A DNA stretch of 64,000 nt from IMG/VR virus record IMGVR_UViG_3300042563_002362. The stretch is one strand, 5' to 3'. Made by a program: the position numbers and the translations under genes. The stretch is from a virus (lineage: Duplodnaviria > Heunggongvirae > Uroviricota > Caudoviricetes). Positions 40,899 through 47,808 of the stretch are shown here, in pieces (the stretch's first letter is position 1; each line of letters starts with the position of its first letter). Below the pieces are notes generated by a model. That model did no database searches and had not been told where the DNA came from. It saw only the letters and a list, made by a program, of their open reading frames with translations.

Positions 40899-42107
40899 AT
40901 GACTGACCGAACCAAAGCAATCAATACGCTTAACGCAATTTATGCCAACGGCATGCACGCTTCCGTGACCACAAAAGAACTCTATGAAGTTGGGCGTGCG
41001 CATGGGCTCACTTATAGCAGCGTGAAAACGCAGCTTATGCATGACCGCTATAAGGCAGGGCGAGGTAAATTTGACCTCCGCAAGCTCCATGCACAACTTA
41101 CATCTGACGGTGAATCATCGCCTGCCGTCGAGACTCAGGTCACAATTCCTAAGCCCGTCCCTGCACATGCTATTCGTCAAAGCATGCCGACCATCACCGC
41201 GGTTGTCAATGACGACATCTACATTCCCGACGCCGATCCTACTTTCGTTCCGTGGGGCGACTACAAGACCGTCCGTCGTGTCATTGAGTCGCGACTCTTC
41301 TTTCCTCTTTACATCAGCGGTCTGTCCGGAAACGGCAAGACCATGATGGTTGAGCAGGCATGTGCCAAGCTCAAGCGTGAATATGTCCGCGTTCAAATCA
41401 GCCCTGAGACTGACGAAGACGACCTTATTGGTGGATTCCGTCTTATCAATGGCGAAACCGTTTTCCACAAAGGTCCTGTCATCAAGGCCATGGAGCGCGG
41501 CTGCATTCTTCTGATCGACGAGCTCGACCGTGGCTCAAACAAGATCATGTGCCTTCAGGGCGTTCTTGAAGGTAAGCCTGTCCTCGTGAAAAAGATTGGT
41601 CAGGTGGTCTGCCCGGCTCCCGGGTTCAACGTAATTGCTACGGCAAATACCAAGGGCCGTGGAAGTGATGACGGCCGATATAGTGCCGCCAATATCATCG
41701 ACGACGCGTTCATTGAGCGTTTCGTTGCTACGATTGATCAGCCGTATCCGAATTTTAAGATCGAGCGTAACATCGTCGGCAAGCACATGGAAATGTATGA
41801 CGTCGAGGACGATGACTTTGCCAACAAGCTTGTCAACTGGTCCAGTGTTATCCGCAAGACCTATGAAAGCGAAGGCATTGATGAACTCATCAGTACACGC
41901 CGCCTGTGCCACATCGTGAAGGCCTTCAGTATCTTCCGCGATCGACTGGCGTCCATTACCATGTGCATCTCTCGATTTGAGACCGAAACACGCGAGGCGT
42001 TCTTGGATCTTTATACTAAGATCGATGCGGGTATTCTTAAGGCCGATGATGCAACTTCGGCTGACGACGCTGTTGCTAAAGTCAACGAAGTTGACGCACC
42101 ATTCTAA
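40899..42107 (+). CDS. cobS: CobS-like MoxR-family AAA+ ATPase
   Basis: GLSGNGKT, TDEDDLIGG, LLIDELD, ATANTKGRGSDDGRY, STRRL. Confidence 0.88.
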   Translation: MTDRTKAINTLNAIYANGMHASVTTKELYEVGRAHGLTYSSVKTQLMHDRYKAGRGKFDLRKLHAQLTSDGESSPAVETQVTIPKPVPAHAIRQSMPTITAVVNDDIYIPDADPTFVPWGDYKTVRRVIESRLFFPLYISGLSGNGKTMMVEQACAKLKREYVRVQISPETDEDDLIGGFRLINGETVFHKGPVIKAMERGCILLIDELDRGSNKIMCLQGVLEGKPVLVKKIGQVVCPAPGFNVIATANTKGRGSDDGRYSAANIIDDAFIERFVATIDQPYPNFKIERNIVGKHMEMYDVEDDDFANKLVNWSSVIRKTYESEGIDELISTRRLCHIVKAFSIFRDRLASITMCISRFETETREAFLDLYTKIDAGILKADDATSADDAVAKVNEVDAPF

Positions 42108-42171
42108 ACTTTAGCGGATGAGTTCCCGCTAAAACGTGAACCTGAACTCAATAACAAAACAAAACAACACA

Positions 42172-42429
42172 ATGACAAAGACTGAAATTAAGAAAGTATC
42201 CACTATGTTAAAGAACAACTCTCAGAAGCAGGCCGTGTATGCGGTTCTCGAGAGCGGTTATGAGCCATCCGTTGAAGACCTGAAGGCCGCTGGGATTGCC
42301 GACCCACGCCGGGTCGTCAATCAGCTTCGTAATGATCACGGTTTTGCGATCTATTTAAACGATCGTAAGGATCGTCGTGGCAACGTTACTCGTCGTTTCC
42401 GCCTCGGTACTCACCGTCGTAACGGCTAA
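42172..42429 (+). CDS. Small winged-HTH-like hypothetical protein
   Basis: DPRRVVNQLRNDHGFAIYLN...RFRLG pattern, following cobS. Confidence 0.6.
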   Translation: MTKTEIKKVSTMLKNNSQKQAVYAVLESGYEPSVEDLKAAGIADPRRVVNQLRNDHGFAIYLNDRKDRRGNVTRRFRLGTHRRNG

Positions 42430-42447
42430 TCATTTTTGGTGGTACAT

Positions 42448-42488
42448 GCGGCAGGAGCGTTCTTTGGTCAGGCGCTCCTGCCGTTTTT
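42448..42488 (+). terminator. Terminator after the cobS operon
   Basis: cggcaggagcg / cgctcctgccg stem followed by ttttt. Confidence 0.88.
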
Positions 42489-42495
42489 ACATTTA

Positions 42496-42816
42496 ATGCA
42501 TGCATAAAAAACCGAAACACCTACAGTTGGGATTAAATTTGATTCTGAGAAACCCGACTATAGTCTACTTCCTCCACATGCTCTTGATGAGTTGGTGAAG
42601 GTATTGACTATGGGAAAGGTTAAGTATTCTCGTGAGAATTGACGACTGCTTGAGGACGGAGAGAACCGTTACTTTGCGGCCGCACAGCGCCACCTATGGG
42701 CTCTTCGTAAAGGAGAAACGTATGATCCTGAGAGCGGACTACATCACGCTGCACATGCTGCTGCTTGCGTGTTGTTTTTGATTGAACTGCAAGCAACACA
42801 AAACCAAAAAATCTAA
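42496..42816 (+). pseudogene. dATP/dGTP diphosphohydrolase (DUF5664-like), disrupted
   Basis: GIKFDSEKPDYSLLP...KYSREN*RLL...RYFAAAQRHL...GETYDPESGLHHAAHA. TGA at 42640 sits at the conserved NW tryptophan, and no ATG opens the coding frame without hitting the TAA at 42505. Confidence 0.85.
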
Positions 42817-42845
42817 TTTACATTTGGACACTGTCCTGTTAATAT
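42817..42845 (+). promoter_or_regulatory. Early promoter TTTACA-N17-TAATAT for gp45
   Basis: 9 nt from the -10 box to ATG 42855. Confidence 0.7.
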
Positions 42846-42854
42846 AACTCTAAT

Positions 42855-43526
42855 ATGAAACTATCTACATCCACACTTGATGTCCTCAAGAACTTCGCCT
42901 CAATCAATCCCAACCTGGTTGTTAAGAGCGGAGAACCTTTGGGCACAATCTCCGAAGCAAAGAACATTATGGCAACTGCCGAAATTCCCGAGTCATTCAC
43001 TACGGATTTTGGCATTTATGATCTTAATGAATTCATCAGTATGTTTAACTTGATGGCTGATCCTGATCTTACGTTTGGTGACAGCTCTGTTCAGTTTACA
43101 TCTGGCCGTTCACGTGCATCATATCGCTTTGCTGATCCAAGCGTCTTAACTTCTCCGAAGAATAAGATCAATATGCCAAGCACCGATCTCACTGTGACAA
43201 TCACTGGTGATATTCTTACTCAAATTCGTAAGGCCGCGGGTGTTCTTGGTCATAGCATTGTTTCCATCCAAGGTAAGAACGGAACGGTTACTCTTTCGGT
43301 TGTTGATCCAAAGAACAGCGCTGCAAACACTTTCTCGGTTGTCATTGATGAAAGCAACGATCAGACTGGTTCGTTTGATCTGCAGTTCCTTATCTCTAAC
43401 CTCAAGGTTATCCCAGGTGACTATGAGGTCAAGATCAGCTCTAAGTTGATCTCGCATTGGAAGCATGTATCTGCGTCTGTAAACTATTACATTGCTCTCG
43501 AAAAGAGTTCAACCTTTAACGGTTAA
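42855..43526 (+). CDS. gp45: Sliding clamp gp45
   Basis: MKLSTSTLDVLKNFASINP, FGIYDLNEF, YYIALE. Confidence 0.95.
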   Translation: MKLSTSTLDVLKNFASINPNLVVKSGEPLGTISEAKNIMATAEIPESFTTDFGIYDLNEFISMFNLMADPDLTFGDSSVQFTSGRSRASYRFADPSVLTSPKNKINMPSTDLTVTITGDILTQIRKAAGVLGHSIVSIQGKNGTVTLSVVDPKNSAANTFSVVIDESNDQTGSFDLQFLISNLKVIPGDYEVKISSKLISHWKHVSASVNYYIALEKSSTFNG

Positions 43527-43530
43527 TCAC

Positions 43531-43725
43531 ATGAAAGTACCAATTGACATTGACGACGCCCTTGAAATTGGGGACCTGCTGTATGTCATGGTGCGCATGA
43601 AAAAGCTTTCAGAGAATGGCGCGCGCATTGCAAATGGCATCATGTCGCGTCTCTCTAAGGTAATTCCTATGCAATATCACACTGACCCAAATCAGCTTGA
43701 ATTTGAATTTGTAAAATCTCTATAA
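43531..43725 (+). CDS. 64-aa hypothetical protein with a C-terminal QLEFEF motif
   Basis: ATG 43531 directly after gp45. Confidence 0.65.
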   Translation: MKVPIDIDDALEIGDLLYVMVRMKKLSENGARIANGIMSRLSKVIPMQYHTDPNQLEFEFVKSL

Positions 43726-43747
43726 GTAAAACATACGCACACTAGTT

Positions 43748-44008
43748 ATGAGTAACATTGACATTGATGACCCAAAGACCAAACAAGAAATGCTTGACGC
43801 TGTTCGTGAGATTTGCGAGCAGTTTCGTATCATGGATGATGCGCGCGATCAAGTAAAGGAAATCATTATTGCTGCACATGACGCATTGGACATCCCAAAG
43901 CCAATGATTCGTAAGGTTGCTCGACTTTATCACAAGAAGAACGCAAGCGCAGTTGAAGCTGAAAATGCAGCAATTAAATCCCTTTACACCGTCATCACTT
44001 CCCGATAA
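43748..44008 (+). CDS. dsbA: DsbA-like dsDNA-binding protein
   Basis: IRKVARLYHKKN...EAE...LY resembles T4 DsbA LLALYHKDN...EAE...LY. Confidence 0.75.
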   Translation: MSNIDIDDPKTKQEMLDAVREICEQFRIMDDARDQVKEIIIAAHDALDIPKPMIRKVARLYHKKNASAVEAENAAIKSLYTVITSR

Positions 44009-44017
44009 AATAATAGC

Positions 44018-44959
44018 ATGAGTAATACTGAATGGCTTTGGACCGAAAAATATAGACCTCAGAGTGTAGACGAATGCATTCTTCCAGCAGATCTTAAGAA
44101 GACTCTTAATGCATTAGTGAAAGGTGGTCAGCTACCAAACCTGATGTTCGCTGGGTCCGCGGGTCTTGGTAAAACCACAGTTGCTAAGGCGTTGTGTAAT
44201 ATGCTTGACCTCGATTACATTCTTATCAACGGGTCTGAAGAAAGTGGTATTGATGTACTTCGCAACAAGATTAAACAATTTGCGAGTACAGTCTCGTTGC
44301 GAGGTGGATACAAGGTTGTCATTCTTGACGAGGCCGACTATCTACAGGCAAACAGTACACAGGTAGCTTTGCGCGGCTTTATCGAGGAGTTCAGTAATAA
44401 CTGCAGATTTATTCTTACATGTAACTTTAAGAATCGAATCATTGAGCCGCTTCATTCACGATGCAGCGTGATTGAATTTAATACTACTAAGAAGCAACTT
44501 GCAAGCTTGGCTGGCGAATTCATGAAGCGGCTTACTTTTATTCTCAAGACAGAAGGAATTAAGTATGACGATAAGACGGTTGCAGAACTGATCATTCGGT
44601 ATGCGCCCGATTGGCGTCGTGTTCTTAATGAGTGTCAACGTTATAGCGGCACAGGTGAACTCCCTTCGGCTATTCTCGTTGGTGCGAGCGATCAAAGTAT
44701 AGCCGAACTTGTAAGCTATCTGAAGAGCAAGGACTTCAAGAATATGCGTTCTTGGATTGTCAATAACAGCACTCTTGATAGTTCGGTAATCTTCCGTAAG
44801 ATTTATGACGGGCTGTATGACTATGCTGTTCCTTCGAGCATTCCAGGTATTGTGTTGATCCTTGCGGACTATAGTTACAAAGCTGGTTTTATGAGTGACA
44901 AAGAACTAAACATGGTTGCTTGTATGACCGAACTTATGGGGAACGCTGAGTGGCGCTAA
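44018..44959 (+). CDS. gp44: Clamp loader large subunit gp44
   Basis: LWTEKYRP, GSAGLGKTT, VVILDEAD, LHSRC. Confidence 0.96.
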   Translation: MSNTEWLWTEKYRPQSVDECILPADLKKTLNALVKGGQLPNLMFAGSAGLGKTTVAKALCNMLDLDYILINGSEESGIDVLRNKIKQFASTVSLRGGYKVVILDEADYLQANSTQVALRGFIEEFSNNCRFILTCNFKNRIIEPLHSRCSVIEFNTTKKQLASLAGEFMKRLTFILKTEGIKYDDKTVAELIIRYAPDWRRVLNECQRYSGTGELPSAILVGASDQSIAELVSYLKSKDFKNMRSWIVNNSTLDSSVIFRKIYDGLYDYAVPSSIPGIVLILADYSYKAGFMSDKELNMVACMTELMGNAEWR

Positions 44960-44964
44960 AAATT

Positions 44965-45453
44965 ATGGCTGCTACGAAAAAAATAACCGCTCCCAAAGAA
45001 CCAACGGCGCCGAAAAACGACAAACCTAAAACATTAGGTCCCTTCGACTTCCTCAACTCTATCAATGCCGGGCAATCGTCTACGAACTTGATGGAAGGCT
45101 GCTATGCCGAAAGTGGCGAAGGTGCAACACCTGACAGTCCTGATCGTGCTTATGTACCATTCATGGTCAATCGTGGCTTGTCATACTTCAATGATACTGT
45201 AATGTTTGCAAACGAAATGAATCGTTATGCATCATTACCTGCCAAAATGCAGTATGACTTTTACCGACATGGCATTCGTCCTCGTAAACGTTTTAGTAAG
45301 TGGAGTAAACGCGCAGATGATACATCCGATGTACAACTGTTAATGAAACACTATGGATACAATTCCGATCGAGCGCGTGAAGTTATTGTATTTTACCCTG
45401 AAGAAGAACTATCTAAACTCCGAAAACAATATGACCGCGGCGGAAAATCTTGA
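44965..45453 (+). CDS. gp62: Clamp loader small subunit gp62
   Basis: YVPFMVNRGLSY...ANEMN...QYDFY...RPRKRFSKW. Confidence 0.92.
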   Translation: MAATKKITAPKEPTAPKNDKPKTLGPFDFLNSINAGQSSTNLMEGCYAESGEGATPDSPDRAYVPFMVNRGLSYFNDTVMFANEMNRYASLPAKMQYDFYRHGIRPRKRFSKWSKRADDTSDVQLLMKHYGYNSDRAREVIVFYPEEELSKLRKQYDRGGKS

Positions 45454-45703
45454 CTATCGTAACGTCTTTTATCGTAGAGGATCAACGATGCCGGAATGGT
45501 TTGATCCTTCTGCAACGGACGTTCCTCTATTTCTTCAATTCTCGCAATATGATGACATTCCAGTTGCATGGCGTGACTCTCCAAAGAATTCACCAAATCC
45601 TCGTAACCGTAGCATGAAGAACCTTTCTCCAAAGCGTTTTGTTAAAGCTAAAGCGAAGGCTAAGATTGCAAAGGAGTCGCGAAAAAGAAATCGAAAGAAG
45701 TAA
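45431..45703 (+). CDS. Hypothetical protein with a basic C-terminal tail
   Basis: Fills the gap between gp62 and regA; start uncertain (45431 or 45488). Confidence 0.55.
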   Translation: MTAAENLDYRNVFYRRGSTMPEWFDPSATDVPLFLQFSQYDDIPVAWRDSPKNSPNPRNRSMKNLSPKRFVKAKAKAKIAKESRKRNRKK

Positions 45704-45720
45704 TAAATAAGAGTATCGCT

Positions 45721-46149
45721 ATGAATATAGATACTCAAGAAAATATTGAATGGTCGCCAAGTGAAATGTTAGAAGTTCAACTTAACGCACCTGATGACTT
45801 TCTAAAGATCAAAGAAACCTTAACGCGAATCGGAGTTTCATCTAAGAAGGATTACAATACGCTGTATCAAAGCTGTCACATCTTACATAAGCAAGGGCGA
45901 TACTTCATTGTGCACTTTAAGGAGTTGTTTATGTTGGATGGGAAGCCTAGTACGTTTACTGCCGATGATCGTAATCGTCGTAACACAATTGCTATCCTAT
46001 TATCCGACTGGGGATTGCTTACAATCGTTAAAAAGATCGAATCTACTGACACGACTAATCTTAAGATGATCAAAATCATCTCACATCGTGACAAGGCAGA
46101 TTGGACATTGATTTCGAAATATGCTATAGGAAACGTGAAAAAGAGCTAA
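45721..46149 (+). CDS. regA: Translational repressor RegA
   Basis: PDDFLKIKETLTRIG, LYQSCHILHKQGRYFIVHFKELF. Confidence 0.97.
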   Translation: MNIDTQENIEWSPSEMLEVQLNAPDDFLKIKETLTRIGVSSKKDYNTLYQSCHILHKQGRYFIVHFKELFMLDGKPSTFTADDRNRRNTIAILLSDWGLLTIVKKIESTDTTNLKMIKIISHRDKADWTLISKYAIGNVKKS

Positions 46150-46171
46150 ACGATAAATAGCAATAACTCCT

Positions 46172-47092
46172 ATGTGTGTTGTCGCAGTTAAATATCTAGA
46201 TAAGTATGGTTGGGTCGGTGCGAAGAATCGTGACCGCAATTATATAGTTGGAATCGACGTTGTCCGATCTGATCGTGGCGGTGTACAGCGAATGTACATT
46301 GATGATCAGACCACGCGATGGACCGAAGGCATCAACGAACATGGACTGGGTATTCTTAGTGCATCTCTCACAGTAAAGGATGATGAAAAGGAAGGCGGTA
46401 AAGTTGCGTCATCGGGCCTAAAGCCAGGCGAACGCAATCCAATAGTATCACCTGATGGTCTTGCTATCCGTCGTGCTCTATTGCTGAAAGATCCAAAGAA
46501 AGCAGCACAGAGTTTGATTGACGATAAACTTGCAGGCGCAACTTACATCTTCAACAAGGACACTTGTTATTTACTTGAAGGTGGCTTTAACATCAGGAAG
46601 GATAAGGACTCTAAAGAAACTCCACGTAAGTATGTCTATGTGCTAAAGGAAATCTCGAAAGATGATGACCATTCAGTGCGTACTAATCACGGTATTGATA
46701 TTCCACAGCTAGGTTATTCAAAAGATTCATCTGATGCGGCAACGCAAAGAAATCGCACAAGTAGTGAATCTCGCTGGTCCGCTGTTGAGACTGCATTTGA
46801 TAAGACATCTGTTATTGATCCGCATGGTGTATTGGAATGCATGAGTGTAAAGCCTAACAAGGACTTATTCCTTAATCCAGTTCGTCTCGGCAATCCAAAG
46901 AAAGGCGACATGGTTACAACTGGACAGCTGCTCTTGGTTCCATCGGAATGCACTTTACACTATCGCCCAATTTACTCAAGTGTATCTTTTGACTATCCAA
47001 ACTTAAACAGTAAAGATGGTACAAAGGTATACTTTGAAATCATCTCAAGCCGTAAACTACTTTCCTTTCAAGACTTTACAAAGAAAAAATAA
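46172..47092 (+). CDS. Putative Ntn-hydrolase-fold protein
   Basis: Cys2 after Met, KNRDR and EGINEHG motifs as in NRDE/C45-like Ntn hydrolases. Confidence 0.55.
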   Translation: MCVVAVKYLDKYGWVGAKNRDRNYIVGIDVVRSDRGGVQRMYIDDQTTRWTEGINEHGLGILSASLTVKDDEKEGGKVASSGLKPGERNPIVSPDGLAIRRALLLKDPKKAAQSLIDDKLAGATYIFNKDTCYLLEGGFNIRKDKDSKETPRKYVYVLKEISKDDDHSVRTNHGIDIPQLGYSKDSSDAATQRNRTSSESRWSAVETAFDKTSVIDPHGVLECMSVKPNKDLFLNPVRLGNPKKGDMVTTGQLLLVPSECTLHYRPIYSSVSFDYPNLNSKDGTKVYFEIISSRKLLSFQDFTKKK

Positions 47093-47093
47093 A

Positions 47094-47243
47094 ATGAAGA
47101 AATTATTCGTTATGCTAACATTTGCTTTGCTGCTCTGCAGTTGTGCTGCAGACAGAATCCATAGTACATCATATGATCACTTTGGACATACACAATGTAA
47201 CACGCATTTTCGATGCGTTGACGGACACATCGTGTATAAATAA
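47094..47243 (+). CDS. 49-aa putative lipoprotein
   Basis: MKKLFVMLTFALLLCSC signal peptide with a lipobox. Confidence 0.55.
   Translation: MKKLFVMLTFALLLCSCAADRIHSTSYDHFGHTQCNTHFRCVDGHIVYK
47235..47242 (+). promoter_or_regulatory. Late promoter TATAAATA upstream of hsp20
   Basis: Exact consensus. Confidence 0.7.
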
Positions 47244-47244
47244 T

Positions 47245-47292
47245 TTTGCAGACACGGTGTCTGCAAACATCAATGCTCGTTTGAGGTTGATG
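47245..47292 (+). ncRNA. Candidate structured leader of hsp20 (two hairpins)
   Basis: tttgcagaca-cgg-tgtctgcaaa and catcaa-tg-ctc-gttt-gag-g-ttgatg. Confidence 0.45.
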
Positions 47293-47333
47293 AAAACAAC
47301 AAACTAAACTTGCTTAATAAGGAGTTAATGACA

Positions 47334-47732
47334 ATGAATAAACTAAACTACTACGCCCCATTGGCGATTGGAATTGATCGCTTCTTTACTGAAGTCGAAA
47401 ACGCGATCAAAGGTAACACGACATATCCACCTCATAACGTCATCAAAGACGGAGAGGATTCATACGGAATCGAATTAGCAGTTGCTGGTTTCTCTCGTGA
47501 TCAAATCTCGATTGAAACTCAAGACCGTCTGCTAAAGATCACTGGTGAAGCACAAAAGGATGAACGTGAATATACCTACAAAGGAATTAGTACACGCAGC
47601 TTCACTCGCCAATTTACTTTGGCTGAATATGTTGAAGTTACGGATGCTACGTTGCAAGACGGTATTCTTAGCGTTTCATTGAAGCGCAATGTGCCTGAAG
47701 AAAAGCAACCACGTAAGGTTAAGATTGGCTAA
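47334..47732 (+). CDS. Small heat-shock protein Hsp20
   Basis: YPPHNV, IELAVAGF, KGISTRSFTRQFTLA, DGILSVSL; SD AAGGAG. Confidence 0.93.
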   Translation: MNKLNYYAPLAIGIDRFFTEVENAIKGNTTYPPHNVIKDGEDSYGIELAVAGFSRDQISIETQDRLLKITGEAQKDEREYTYKGISTRSFTRQFTLAEYVEVTDATLQDGILSVSLKRNVPEEKQPRKVKIG

Positions 47733-47757
47733 AAGATAGGTTCTTAGAAAATATGCC

Positions 47758-47793
47758 AATGGGAGGTTTGTTATTTACAAGCCTCCCATTTTT
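47758..47793 (+). terminator. Stem-loop terminator overlapping the gp43 -35 box
   Basis: aatgggaggtttgt-tattt-acaagcctcccatt followed by Ts. Confidence 0.8.
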
Positions 47794-47802
47794 GATTATA
47801 AT
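47774..47802 (+). promoter_or_regulatory. Early promoter TTTACA-N17-TATAAT, leaderless gp43 mRNA
   Basis: ATG 47809 lies 6 nt after the -10 box. Confidence 0.85.
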
Positions 47803-47808
47803 AAGTAC

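Noticed and set aside
38390-42107. Cobalamin biosynthesis role for cobS/cobT-like genes
   Set aside because: No cobN or other cob genes are present; a generic MoxR-VWA pair explains them.
42640-42642. Genome-wide TGA=Trp recoding
   Set aside because: TGA is the evident stop for conserved genes (5428, gp16, gp47), and other Trp residues use TGG.
42496-42816. Evidence for a 2-aminoadenine (Z) genome
   Set aside because: No purZ or datZ was recognised in the window, and the DUF5664 gene is disrupted.
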